This document shows, piece by piece, positions 45,848-59,517 of a stretch of DNA of 64,000 bases (positions are counted from its first letter, which is position 1; every line of letters begins with the position of its first letter). The notes beneath the pieces were generated by a model, which was given only the letters and a program-made list of their open reading frames with translations, searched no databases and was not told the DNA's origin. The position numbers and the translations under genes were made by a program. Origin of the DNA: Hydrolagus colliei (Eukaryota); the NCBI GenBank assembly GCA_035084275.1, contig CM068768.1, forward strand, positions 4,650,001 through 4,714,000. Reading direction: 5' to 3'.

Positions 45848-48699
45848 AAAGCATCCACTATCTCTGCAAACACCTCTTTTAAAACCCTAGGTTGCAGGCC
45901 ATCAGGTCCAGAGGATTTATCAGTTTTTAAACCCATCAATTTCCCTAGTACTATTTCTTTACTGATGTTAATTTCTTTAAGTTTTTTTTTAAAAAAAACT
46001 ATCCTCACAGTGCCAGTTTGCACACAGGCGTCTGAACACACACACACACACACAAAAACTGCATTGTATCCATAATTCTCATGCAGTCCTCGGGACAAAC
46101 CAAGGAGGAATGCTAGTCGCCAGTGTGATATATACCGCTGCTGTATATCTACTGTACTCCTTTGTGCTCAGAAACAAAGTGCTGATGCTAAACATCCAAC
46201 ATGTGTAATGCATTTAAAATGACTGGGTTTTACAGCACCCAAACTCATTGACGTCGGTAATGGTTTAAATAAAGCACAGACACACACATGTTGGTAGTGT
46301 TCAAGTGTTTAAATAAAGGCTGCGCAAGGCTTTACACAAACCACTGACAAAATAACTTTGACCAAAACTGATGTTTAGCAACTAAATCAAGTTACGCAGC
46401 CCGTTTGGAATCCGGCTCCAGCAATGCCAAAACCACAAGCAGAATCCCCTGGATATGCAATGGAAGGAATTCACCTTGTAAGGAGAATGTATATTGGGAA
46501 ACGTCATTACTGGAAAGCGCTTCCGCGAGAATATGCCTTGCCAGCAGGTGATGCAGAACCTGTCTATTGTAATTAAATGACTGTAACTACATTTAGGACG
46601 AACTGAAGAGAAAAAGAAAAGTGAAAGCTTTCTCCTGGATAATGATTAGAAGATAATAATAATAATCGTTGCATTCGATATAAGTGCCTTATCACATCAT
46701 TGAGGCGTCTCAAATCACTTCACAGGAAATGCTGCAAAGTGCAGTGACTTATGTATTTTGTGAGTGCAGTCCCGCACAGCAATATCCTACAACCAGTCAT
46801 GGAGTGAGTGACCAATTTTATCTGGAGAATTGTTAGTCCGGACACCGGGAGAGAGAGAAACACCCTTCTCTTTTCAAATAGAACCATGCGATCTTTAATA
46901 TTTTAAGCGCTCTAGAATAATAATTGCCCCTCGTTCCTTCCTCTCCACCATTGTTGGCCTTGCCTTCAGCCACTTCACCGTGAAACTCTGGAACTCTCTC
47001 CCTCAATCCCTCCACTCTGCCACCTTTAAATCTGCCTAAAGACCTTCCTTTTGCTGTCAAATCTTCAGCCAATGTGGGTTTCGGACAGTCTTGTGTTGTA
47101 TTTAAACAATTGGAATTGGGAAAATCATTGTTTGTTATCAATAATTCAGTAAATCTAAACTGCACAGTAAGAATGCAACAAAAGTTACTCTGCAGACAAT
47201 TGATGTTCTCAGAGCTAGGGATCTCTGATACTCTTAACAAATGTTGTTGCAGTATTTTACAAAATGCACAAGAGATATCTAGTGGCAGAACACCATTACT
47301 ACATGTCCTCATCACCCCCCTCACACCAAACCTACCCAGAATTCAAACTACAGTACTATAATTACCCTTAAAAGTCAAAATGATGGATTCCAAAATCTAA
47401 CCAGTCACTGTGATAAGGGATTCTTCCCACAAGGTCTATGTAAACCAGAGCCCTAATAGTTAGGATGGTCCTAATTGGACAAGCGGTGGGAGGAAGCTTG
47501 TCAGACTGTGCTCTCAATGACGAGCTCCGCAGTTTTAGCTTGTTGATCTTCAGCAGTCACACACTCGACTCTCAAACCTGATTCAAACCTGGCGAGCAGA
47601 AGTGACATCACAGAAAGGCTTAGGCGGGAAAATTTGAAATGGTGGCTCTGCCTGAAGTCGGCGATGGCCACCACTCAATATCAGAGACTCTGGCCCTGCC
47701 TCTAGCTACCCGCCGGTCCTGATCCCTAAGACCCTGACCCTGCCTTAACCTACTGGCCTTGAGTCCGCACCCAGCTGTACCTCCCAGGTTTCAATACTCC
47801 CCCTGCCGTCCACGACCGAACCCTCGGCCCTCGTGCTACTCACGAGCTCACAGTATCCACAGCTCTCGCTCGCTTGCGGGCCAGAGCATAGGGCTTGATT
47901 GCCGATACACCCATCAGTGTGGTTGAATTCTGATTTATGCATAATAATTTTGTAATAAAATTCTATGGTGAAACAACTACATCATTCTCAGATCGGGATT
48001 TCTGAAGGTGGAATTCTAGAACTTGGCTTCGGTTTAAAACTGCTTGGAAGGCATAGCCATTCAGCTGAGCTCAAGTCCTCTAGGATCTGTGCCTGGTGGG
48101 GATAGAAATGGGTCAACACTGAGGCTATTTACCTCCAGGCTGCTGTCTGCTTTCAGCCATTACAGTGGGGCTTTTCAGTAGCATGCAGTTAGCAGCTGGC
48201 AAGTCTGGAACTAAATATAAAAACTGAAAAATCAAACGGCCAAGAGAGACACTGGCCCACTCATTTTAACCCTTCACTCCCACATCAAGACACTTTTATC
48301 AAAAGAGAAAGCAGCCACTGTGCCTTACGCCACCAGCACCACCGCCCACTAAATCCAGCAAAGCAGGTGGCACCAATGTTCTTGTGCTCTGTAAATACAG
48401 TGGCTTGTGATATGGAAAATCACTCAACAATGTGAAATGCCACTTGGGGTCCTCTCCTGATCCTATCCTTTTCAATGGTCTTGAGTTTATTTTTGACGCA
48501 AAAGCAACGCAGCATTGAATATCCAGATGTCCAGGAGGACTAAAGAGCTGTTTGGAGTCTACCCATGGGGAATAAGTAAACCCAAGTCAAGCTGATCTGA
48601 AGTGACCTCCAGACTTGTACCTACGTTACCCAGTTTGTAGAAAGCACCTGTCCCTTGAGTTAAGAGTCTCACAAACACTGAACGGCATTGTTCATGGAG

Positions 48700-49180
48700 T
48701 CGTAAAATATTCATGACACAGGAGACCATTCAGACCATCTTGGAATCGTAGAATTATGCAACACAGAAGGAGCCCATTCGGTCCATTGTGTCTGTGCCGG
48801 CTCCTTCAAAGGACTTTGTCAATCCGAGTAGGACTTCAATCCTACTCCCCCGCTTTTCTCACCATAGCCATGCAAACATGTCCTCCTCAAATAATTATCT
48901 ACTTCTCTCTTAAAAGTTGTTATCAATTCGGCATCGAATCCTTTCAGGGAATGTATTCCAGATCCGAACAAGTCACTGTGTGAAAAAAAATTCTCCTCAC
49001 CTCCCCTCTGTTACTTTTAACAATTACTTTAAATCAGTGTCCTCGGGTTACCGACCCAACTGCCGATGGAAGTTTCTCCTTGTTCACCCTATCGAATCGC
49101 TTCATAATTTTGAAAACTTCTCTTAATCTTCTCTGCTCCATGGAGAATAATCCTAGCTTGTCTAGCCTCTTCTCATAATT
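48700..49180 (-). mobile_element. CR1 LINE 3' end (diverged)
   Basis: ACAGAAGGAGCCCATTCGGTCCATTG...TTCCAGATCC...CACTGTGTGAAAAAAAATTC pattern. Confidence 0.65.
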
Positions 49181-49844
49181 GGAGTTATGTGTTGTCTGGG
49201 TTGGTTCCCTCATGCCCCCCTCTGCCCACTATTAATTTTAATCTAATTTTATTTTCGTTCCCAACATTATTATTTTACACAAACACGTGTCCAATTCCCT
49301 CGTAAATGCTGGTTGGGAAAATGTCCTTTGGGGATGTGGGAGTGTGCAAGTGCTGGTTTTGCTCAGTCAAGCCTAAATCTATACGAACAAGCAGCCTGCA
49401 CAATGTACTCAACAACGATAACTTTTACTCAGCTCCCTTCACACAGGGTAGTGTCCCAGAGCTCCAGTGAACTGTATGGGCCAAACACAGTACAGTCACA
49501 GTAAAACCAATTGAAAATCAAGACCAAAGCGGGGATGAAAAAAGTCTATCATCTATGATGCTTTGTGCCATCACTGTGCTGCAGATCTTTTTTTGTTAAA
49601 AAAAGGAGTCCTGTAGTTTCGTGACTGTTTGTGGGGGACGCTGCTGTGTGCAATTGGCTGCCATGTTTCGTCCACATACATACAGTCAATTCATTTTACA
49701 GTATATTCTGTGAAGCGCTTTGAGGTGTCTGGAAGACGTGAAAAGCGCTATATCAAAAGCAAGGATTATTATCATTATTATTGACAGTACCACCAACAAA
49801 CTTTTATCTCCATCCAGTCCCCCTGGCGCAGACAGTGATGACAT

Positions 49845-50260
49845 CAACAACAACAAAATTACATTTGTAGAGTGGCTTTCACATTGGGAAGATGTCGCAA
49901 GGCACTGAATAGTCAGGGGTCAGGATCCGAGCAAGTGGGAGGGGGGCTTGAGATGAGGGAAGGCAAGAAAGGCACGGTCGCAAAGAAGGGGCCTGAGTTA
50001 GGTCTTGAAGGAGGCTAGGGAGGAAGCAAGGCGAAGGGATTGTGGGATGAAGTTCCAAAGAGTGGGTTCTCGATGGTAGGAAGGAACGGGTGGGAGACAT
50101 GGAGCAGGCCGGAGCCTGCTGGACGGAGGCTGCTGGACAGAGGGAGCGGATGGGTTGATATGGATCAGCAGATCAGAGAGTGAAAGTGAGGATGAGGATC
50201 TTGAATTCCATCCTCTGAGGGACGGGGAGAAGTGAAGCCAGGCGAGGGTGGGGGTGATGG
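49845..50260 (-). mobile_element. L2 LINE 3' end
   Basis: (CAA)n on +, followed by a G-rich reverse 3' UTR. Confidence 0.75.
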
Positions 50261-50397
50261 GATCACGACATCAAAGAAATATACTTTGGATTCAGCAATT
50301 TCAGCTCACGGACAACCTCTCCGATTTAATTTTCAGACACAATTAAAAGCAGTTCTATGGAAAGTCGACACTTAAGCAGCAGGAAAGGAAAACCTAC

Positions 50398-50494
50398 CTG
50401 GTAATCCTGATCATCAATAGAAAACCTCTCCCGCAGATTCCTAAACACCATGGGGCAGTATTCCTTAAATTTAAAACGGCTTGGAAGGTTCTCT
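50398..50494 (-). CDS. PIP4K2B: PIP4K2B coding exon 3
   Basis: tag|[33 protein letters not shown]|gtaggt; 97 nt. Confidence 0.97.
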
Positions 50495-51407
50495 CTAAAA
50501 GAAGCAATGAAGAGTTTGGTCAATTCAACATTTGCATCAACAACAACATCGATTTATATAGCCAGGACTCCGGACGGAGTCTCAAGAGTACTTTGTGTTA
50601 TATCATATTAACCAGTCTCCTGCCAGGTGCCTACAATGCAAGTTTAGAGGTCTGTGCCATTTCTGTCTCCTCCTTTCCTTCCTGTGCAGGAATGCTGCCA
50701 TGTGCAGAATGGGGAATTTGAAAGTCAAATTTGGTGCCATTCATGTAACTCCAAAAGCTCAAATTCCCCTAATTAGTTGTTGTCATACTAAGATTAGGTC
50801 ATAAAGCCGCACGGCTTTTTACAACAATTACAGCCCTTCCTCTTTTCAATCTTAAACACAAGACAGGTTTACCTGCAGCATCTTTCAATGCTACTCCACG
50901 ATTCTCCAATAAGAAGCGCGGCCACCGATGGTGGAACGGAGGACATGAGTGATATGCAGGAGGCTGGAGCCAGTCGAGTGAGGCAGTGGATATGGTGTTG
51001 GGGAGTAAGTAGGTTGGAAAGGTAGGGCGTGAAGGGGCAGGACATGAAGGGATTTCAAAACTGGATTATCAACACAAGGTCCCACAAGGTCAAATGTCAC
51101 ATTGTTATATATATTACTTATACATACATATTATATATATATATTTAGATAGATATTTTTCAATGCAAAGAGAACTCAAATTCACAAAAAGGAGCCACAG
51201 CATTACAATCTAACTGATCCATAGAGGCGCTACACCCTTCCACGCCCAAATTGAAAGTTCAAAAGAAATTGACGCAAAGGTACGTACTTACTTTATAAAC
51301 GAAAGTTTAATAATTCAATGCAGCCGGTTTAAACCATTGAAATTAAGAGCATCTCTGTTTTATCTATCTAATAAAATCAAGGAGAATATTACGCACGCTT
51401 CACCTAC

Positions 51408-51505
51408 TTGTTAAAAAGGTGATTATCCACTTTTATCTTGCTGTAGGCTTTGAAGTCGTCTGGCATCAACATAACAGGAATCTGCACATGGCTAAGTTCA
51501 TTGAT
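51408..51505 (-). CDS. PIP4K2B: PIP4K2B coding exon 2
   Basis: cag|[34 protein letters not shown]|gtaggt; 98 nt; absent from the ORF track. Confidence 0.97.
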
Positions 51506-53058
51506 CTGAAAAGAAACAGTTAATAATATAAATTCATTTTTATGCCAGTTCCCATTCGTTCTAAAGTTTATTTTTAATTAAACAAAAAGATCCGCAACAA
51601 AGATTGTTCCTCACAGCGCTGTAAACTTAAAAAACAAGAAAAGAAAGGCGAGTTGTAGGAGATACTTTGTAATCGATGTGAAATCAATTTTGAAAAGTAG
51701 TAATAAATAAGTTGCATCAATTTCACCACCAATTCACTGCCTACAGATTAGCCTTCATAGTTATAACTGTGATGAAGTGACCTGATTGTTGGTCGATTGG
51801 CGGAACGCTTTTCCCGGGGGTAATAATTCCTTTTAAAAAATTGATCACTCAATCGCCGACTGTTTGTGGGGCACTGCTGTGAGCAATTGGCTGCTGCGTT
51901 CCACCCACAAAATATACAGTCAATTCACTTTATAGTAATGTATATTCTGCGAAGCATTTGAAGACGTCTCAAAGACATGATAAGGCACTACTGTGTATAA
52001 AATGAAGAATTGTTATTATAGATTGATTCTAGTTTAGTTTCAGTTGTTGCTTTTGACACTTTTATATTTTATTACTGGTTCTCCGAGATGCTATAAAAAA
52101 AAATCCAACTTCTTCCAATTTTATGTCCAGCTAAATCAAGACTGGCTCAAATAAGAATCTTAATCATTGGTTAAATAGAACCATCACCAATCCTCTGACA
52201 GGGCATTGAATGTGCTTTGGCTCATAAATGATTATGAAAGTTACGTTTGATCTCAGCAAGAGAGAGAAAGAACTGGTCATTGGAGGGCAAGCATTCTTCC
52301 AACTCGGTCTTTCCTCTCTCCAAGCCAAAGCCCCAGTCAATAGTGTGGTCCTACCTGGATAAGCAGGGATAGCTTAACCAGACTCTCAATGGCAAACTTG
52401 GCCACTTAGCTGGTTAATCTCCAAACACGCAGTCTGCGATCCTCAATCCTTATCTCTCGCCAAATACCAAGGAAGAACTTTGAGTCTGACTGAAGACCTA
52501 CCCTTCTGAACTCCCTTTCAGACATCTTTCTTTTCCCCGCCACCTCCAGCTCTCACCTTGGGTGCCAAGCCAGAAATGTCCTCCTGACGTCAAAGGAACT
52601 CTCTCTGTAAATTTGCATTGTATTTATAGCTTCCAACGGAAGATACTCTTTTTTCTCCCATATTCTCTACCCCCCAACTGAAAGCAGCAAATTATCTGTG
52701 AGCACTGGTCACCCAAATAACCATTGTTCAAGCCCTGGGCGTGCAACAACAACAACAACAACTTGCATTTATACCACACACTGGACGGTGTCTCGGAGCA
52801 GTGGGGATCGGCAAGGCATTCAGATTCCATTATAATCCAGACCAATTCTGTCCACAACCGACTCCCATGCATAAACAGATACAAATAAACAGTGAATTCA
52901 CTTTACAGTATATTCTGTGAAGCGCTATATCAAATGCAAGGATTATTACATTGTGTCCACCACCCAGGAAAGTGGGGAGAGGGATAAGGACCTTGGCTGC
53001 GTCTCTGCCTGCAGTCCCGACTGCCATCAGCTAAATCAGCATAGACAAGGATCGAGGC

Positions 53059-53060
<2 letters not shown>

Positions 53061-53098
<38 letters not shown>

Positions 53099-53113
53099 TG
53101 TGTCTGTGTGTGT
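53061..53113. repeat. (TG)n microsatellite
   Basis: Direct dinucleotide run. Confidence 0.95.
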
Positions 53114-53859
53114 AGATATGACTGAATTGCCATGTTCGTTTTGATAGCTTCACTCCATTTGACACTGTTTTCGGGAAGCAGGAGCTGTTAGCACACTGAC
53201 CTTCCACGTCACTGATACAAGATGGAAGTTTGTAGCACAATGGCCACAAAAGCCGAGAGAAATCATTCACTCTCGAGCAGCAGGAACATTCAGGGCAGTT
53301 TATACCACAGTCCAATGACCGTAAACGTCCACCAGTGATTAATATTGTTCCCTCATTGTTCACAACCATTAGCCACAACAGATCCAGACATGATGGCAAC
53401 ATTAATCCTTCCTGAGTCAGTAGCCTCAGAATTAGAGGGTTGTAGGCTCAAGCTTCACAGTAGTATTTTAGTTTATAGTCTATCTAGCCTGATCTAAAAG
53501 GCAGCCGGCCAACAGGTCTCAGTCAGTCCAGCGGATAATTTTATCCATCCCAAGACCATTTCTAACATTCAAACTTTCGCTTCCTCCCTCCGTGGCAAAC
53601 GTCCTCCCAGGGAAGCAGCAGGAGCTGCCATTTGGGGTAGGACAACAAAAATAACTTCGATTTATATAGTGCCCTCCATGTAGCGCAGAGGGGTGAAAAT
53701 AACGCTGGCCATGACTGCAGTGTGTACTGAAGCCGTGGGGAAAGAAAGTGCATCTTCTTATCGACTGCATCATTAAGAGGAAGCGCGTTGGGATAAATCG
53801 TTGGGAGTTCTCTCATGAGAACTAATGTGGATTGGGCCTCGACTTGCCTTATTCGCCTC

Positions 53860-54163
53860 ATGGAGTCCTGTGGCTCAGTGGTTAGAGTGAGAGACTTGGG
53901 TTCGATTTCAGTCAGGTCAGGGTGAAACCTTGGGCAAGTTTCCTTACTCCGCATGCCTAATAATAATCCCTCAAATAATAACAATAATAAAATTGGTCAT
54001 TTCATTCCACAATAGTTTATGGGACACTGCTGTGTGCAATTGGTTGCCTGCGTTTCACCCACAAATATACAGTCAATTCACTTTACAGTATATATTCTGT
54101 GAATTGAGACGTCTAGAAGACGTGATAAGGCGCTATATCAAATGCGAAGATTATTATTATTAT
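53860..54163 (+). mobile_element. tRNA-derived SINE
   Basis: Head with a small deletion, body, and (TTA)n tail. Confidence 0.9.
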
Positions 54164-55199
54164 TCAACATCAGAAAATCCCTCTGTGTAAAACAAAATCC
54201 CCTTTGCTCCTTTGACAATTATCTGAAATCAATGCCCTCTAGTCATGACTCACTGACTAGGGGATATAATTTCTCCCTATCTATTCTGTTAAAACCAGGA
54301 AGAACCTCTGAACACTACATTATAGCTGTTCAACCAATAACTAAGAATTAGATTTAACAGTCAAATTCTGCATCTTGCCACAATGTAACATTGCTCTACC
54401 ACAGTGAGCATTCTGCAGCAGTGATGTATCACTCAGCCTTTTGATAATTCCTACCACTAGTGGATTAACAACAGATTGCTTCGACATCTGATCGTTTGCT
54501 CTTGTAATGAATGCAATCTCATGACTCAATGCCTAAATATATCACAAGTCACAATTCCGTTAACACTAAACTTCCCGTTAGTTTTTATAATCACTGATGG
54601 ACAACCGAGGGACTGAGGTTCTTCCTGCGCAGCTCCTGTTAACCCTGCAAGACAAAGACTTGATGGATCATCGGGTGGTCTATCTGAAGAAGCAGCAGGA
54701 AGGAATTTTGGCAAAGGAAAGCTGTGTAGTTTTAGCCGGTTAAACTCCAGCAGTACCTCTGCACTGCTCGGAGCAGTGGTGAGGCAGAATCCATATGACC
54801 CTCAAGAGGGAACTAAATAAATATTGTTGTGTTTGGGGTTATTTCAAAGGTAACACTGGCTTGCACCTGTTTTAGAATAAAATGTAAATGCAAAAACACA
54901 TACTTTTACATTTACTCTCAGTAACTCACGTAAGCCTTTTCCACTTAAGTTTGTTATTTTTTGCAACGTGATTATTATATCGCGTATTAGCGATTGCTAA
55001 CCTTGCTAATGTGTAAAGGGAGTTTGGTTTGAATGTCACTGTTTTAAAAAAAACATTAAAACATGGTTTGCAATTAAAGGCACTCAATTTCTATGGATTT
55101 ATTGTGTGGAGATATCCTCAGTCAGGATGCCTAGTACCTTGTGAGGTCTTGAGCTCAGAAAGTCTGGGAAGCCCTGAACTGCAAGGGTATGAGGAAGGG

Positions 55200-55522
55200 A
55201 TAAGTAACACCTCCCTACATCTCCAACTTACTTACCTCACAACCCGCTGGAGTAGATCCAGCCTTCTGCGTGTCCCCCATGCCTTCCATTCTACCATTAG
55301 TGGCTGTGCTTTCATCACAATAGACCCAAACTTGGTAACATCCTTTTTCTATCTCTCCGCATTGCCCCCTTTTCCCCATTTTCAAGTCACGCCTGAAGCC
55401 ATTCCTATTCGACCGTGCCTCTATGATCACCTCCCCTTCCCACTGACTCAGAGTTCTGCCACTGTCAAGTGCTCTGAGACGCTTCCCTGCGTGAGGGGCA
55501 CTATGTAAATGCAGGTTGTTGT
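55200..55522 (+). mobile_element. L2 LINE 3' end
   Basis: 3' UTR and GAGGGGCACTATGTAAATGCAGGTTGTTG tail. Confidence 0.75.
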
Positions 55523-58129
55523 AACTGAGACTGAGAGGATTGCTCTTGAAGGAGCCAAAGCAGACGCAATGGCCTTTTTCTGTGCCATAGCTTTCCATGG
55601 TTCTAATTCTATCTGTTGGATCACTTTCTGGGAATAATAAATCCATCAAAAAATAATAACAATATGAATTTGGGTCTCTTAATCCATGATTCTTTATGGG
55701 ATAATGCTGTGCTCAATTAGTTACCATACTTTGGGTATAAAAATGTATAATCAATATATACATTTTGATATATATAATCAATTCACTTTACAGTATATTC
55801 TGTGATGTGCTTTGAGACGTCTCAATGACATAAGCTTTATATCAAATGTATATCAAATGTTATTATGGATTATGTTATTATTACACAAAACCTGAGACAT
55901 TCTCTAATGTATTCAATTAATATATTGGCTCTTTGCTCCCCCCTCCGCGCCCACACACACCCAAGAGGCTGACAAGCTCAGAAATGGCCATGTTTATCAC
56001 TCACTTCAACAAAATGTTTGTGTAACACCTCAGGTGGGCATCTGCTGCAGATAAAAAAAATCCAAAAGCCATTTTGAGTTAATGCTTGAGGGATATCTGA
56101 AAGGTTTTGTTAATTATACCAGTAATTATTGATGACGTTTGTTTATTGCTACCCATCGCCAATTTTCTCCCACCTTTGTGCTAATAATAATGACAAGATT
56201 TTTAACTGTGCTGAGGCCTTAAGATATGGCTAGAGCCTGACGCGATTTTCATGTATTTGATATTGCGTCTGGAACATCAAAATATTTCAAAGCGCAGGGA
56301 AACATGTTAAAGTGAGCTAACTGTGCATGTTATAACAACAAAATTACATTTGCACAGCACCTTTCGGCAGAACGTCCAAAGCCATTAACAGTCAAGTGTT
56401 TTGGGATCAGCGAGTATGGAGGGGAGGGGAAACGGGGGCAACCAATGGCATGGACCTGTCTTCAGGCAGGACTAGGGAGGTTAGTGAGGGGGTGAGGCCG
56501 TGGGTCTGTGGGATGGAATTCCAAAAGGATGCCTGTAGAGTGGATTAAGGCTCGCTCAGCAATGGAGTGGGTGGATCAGGGAACGGGGAGCAGGCCGGAG
56601 CCAGCTGAATGGACGGAGCGGACAAACTGGTAGGTATTTGTTAGCACACAAATAATATGCCACAAATAGCCATAAATTACCAAACAATTTATCTGGGTTA
56701 ATTTAAGCGCTCTGAGACACCATCTGGTGTGGAGGGCACTATATAAATCAAAGTTGCTGTTGTTGTAATTGTTGGCCAGGGCACCAGGAGAAACTCCCTT
56801 CTCTGTTTGAATAATCTTTAACATTCACCTAATTAGGCTTTAGTTTTACATCTAATTGGAAGAAATGGCATCTCCAACAATCCAGCACTCCCCCTCTACA
56901 GCCCCAACCGCCAGCACATACAGAATTGTGCTGGAGTGTCAACCTGGAGTGAGCCCCCAACATAACTGAACCTACAACCTGACTGACCCAGGAGCAGAAG
57001 TTCTACCAACCAAGCCACATAACATCTGCCTCTTTCTGTACCTTTCCGTCAGCCCGCGAAAGCAATCTTTTGAAACTCCAGAGAATCAATTGAACAGTAA
57101 AACACAATATTCTTTTCCAACCAGCTGCATTTCAGAGATGGCACAGGAGCCACTGTGCTCCTCACAGATTTGGATCATCTATACTTACCCTGATAACCTT
57201 CATTCCTAACTCCCATGATGGGTCAGTTGATAATCGCACTGTTTAGTGTGAAGCTGACCAATATAAAGCCAGAAAGTCCAATGTTCTATAGATTGGACTG
57301 TATGTCTTGTGGGCGAAATGCATCAGCCAATTGCATACAGCAGTGTCCCACAGACGTGGATTAAGGGAACAAATATTTCCTGGTGGGTTATCTTCAACTG
57401 TCTAACAGATTTAACTAGATATTTAAGGTCCCCACTGAGTTCTGTGCTGCACAGTTTGGCAACTTAGTTTAAGGGAAATGTGATGTAAGGAATCAAACTA
57501 GATCATACCATCAAGTATTGGTATAGAATTAGGAAATGGGAGAGAGGAGCAAAGCAAACTGCAAAGGGCAGCAAGAAAAGAAGGAGATACTTCAGAAATA
57601 GGAGGACAAACGGTTGAGGAAACTCTTAAACGCTGGAAGTTCCGCTAACTCGGTGAACTGGCAAGCAGTGCACCTCATGATACCTGCACAAGCCAAAGGT
57701 TTGATCAGATACACCGCAGATAGGTATAAACATAAATTAGTTGTTGCAGCACATTAATATTGGCTCCCAGTAGATATTTCCTAATCACCCGTGTTGAGTT
57801 ACCACCATAAACTTCAGCAAAGATTGGCTTCCTTCCCTCCGGCATTCAAACAAAGGTGATGTTGAGTACAAGTTGGATCTCAATGCAAGGATCCTTGAAG
57901 CGAATTTCACCATTTAATAAGCAGACATATAAGAGAATATTACAATGGTCAGCAAAGGGCAACCAAACATGCATATAATGAGGCTCTTTTCCCCTGCTCA
58001 CCACTGGGTATCCAAATGGAACCTCACATGTAGACAAGAGATGTAACATCACATCAGCAGTTGTCATGCTGAGCCAAACTGCAAAATAAAGGTAGCATAG
58101 GGCAGAAAATAGCAAGCGCTTGTTAGGAT

Positions 58130-58475
58130 AGATGAAGTCAGAAGGTTCTGTGTTCAAGCCCTGTGTCAGGACTGAATGCTAGGGAAGTGCTGAATGAGAT
58201 ATTAAATCGAGGTCCTGTCTGTGTCTATTCAAGTGGATAGTAAAAGATTCCATGGCAGAACTCAAGGAGGACTGAGATTCTCCTGATATCTTGGCCAACA
58301 ATCCACCAAATAAAAGTGGTCACGCACTTCATGACTATTTGCGGCACGTTGTTTGGGCAAATTGGCTCTTCCAATCATCTCCAAAATGCACAGTCACTAC
58401 ACTTTACAGTGCAACTAGTGCCTTGGGATGTCCTCCTGACGCGAAAGGTGCTATACAAATGTACTTTTGTTGTTG
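58130..58475 (+). mobile_element. Older DeuSINE (SacSINE1-like)
   Basis: AGTCAGAAGGTTCTGTGTTCAAGCCC head; GAGATATTAAATCGAGGTCC...AAAAGATTCCATGGCA core; L2-like tail. Confidence 0.7.
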
Positions 58476-58899
58476 CTTTGAGGTGGCCTCCTGACGTGAA
58501 AAATGTTTTCTGTTTTCCCGTATCAAAGGCAAGTTTCTTTTTTTTTAAATTAATAGTCCCCCTCAATATGCCATCAATGTGGCAATTTTACCAATGCGAT
58601 CCCTCTACCAAAGACATTCATTCACCTTCTAACAGAATAACTTTTTTTTTAACATGGCATGTAAAACATCAAAATGTCTCAAGTGCTCTATAACTATTAT
58701 TGTCAAGTGCAGTTACTTTTTTTAAAAGGTAAACATGATAGCCATTGTGTACACAGTAAGATCCCACAAAACCACAGTGAGATGAATGACTAATATTATC
58801 AAGAAGATTGCTACCAAGGACTCCCTTCTGTTTTTCTCAGAGTCATGGAATCTTCAACATCCACCGTAAGAGGCAGACTGGACATTATTTCCAGTCCCT

Positions 58900-59517
58900 T
58901 CCCAGCACCGCTTTCTTCCACCTCTGCTACATTACCCATCTCTGCCAATAGCTCACCCCAACAGCTGCTGAAACTCTTGTCCATGCCTTTATCACCTCTC
59001 GGCTGGACTACTAATGTCCTCCTTGCTAGTCTCCCCACCGTCCTCAACATTCAGCTCATCCAAAACTCTGCCACCCGCATTTTCACCCACACCAAAATTA
59101 ATTCCCTGATTACCCCAGTCCTTACCAAACTGTACTGGCTCCCTGTCAGAGGGGATCGAATTAAAACTCTTGTGTATAAATCTCTCCACTTCTCTGGACC
59201 CCCTACCTCTCTAACCTCCTCTCTCCTCACAGCAGAACCTGCTGCCTCTGCTCTACTGGGTCTGGCCTCCTCCTTGTTCCCCATATCCTCCGCTCCACTA
59301 TCGGTCGCTGTACTTTCAGCCACTATGCCGCAATACTTTGGAACTCCCTCCCTCAACCCCTTCGCCTCACCCCCTCCTTTCCATCTTCAGATCGTGCCTG
59401 AAGACCTTTCTCTTTGACCACTCTTACAGTCACCTTCCCCCTCCCCCTGGCTTGGCCTTGGGCTCCGCCATTGTGAAAAGCACGTGGAGGGTGCTCTATA
59501 AATGCATGTTGTTGTTT
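58900..59517 (+). mobile_element. L2 LINE, 3' portion
   Basis: GCTGCTGAAACTCTTGTCCATGCCTTTATCACCTCTCGGCTGGACTAC (AAETLVHAFITSRLDY); IQLIQNSATRI; (TTG)n tail. Confidence 0.92.

Larger units (their letters stand above)
44030..45985 (-). mobile_element. CR1 LINE ORF2 fragment interrupted by a MITE and a SINE
   Basis: LMGLKTDKSSGPDGLQPRVLKE and [29 protein letters not shown] motifs. Confidence 0.93.
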
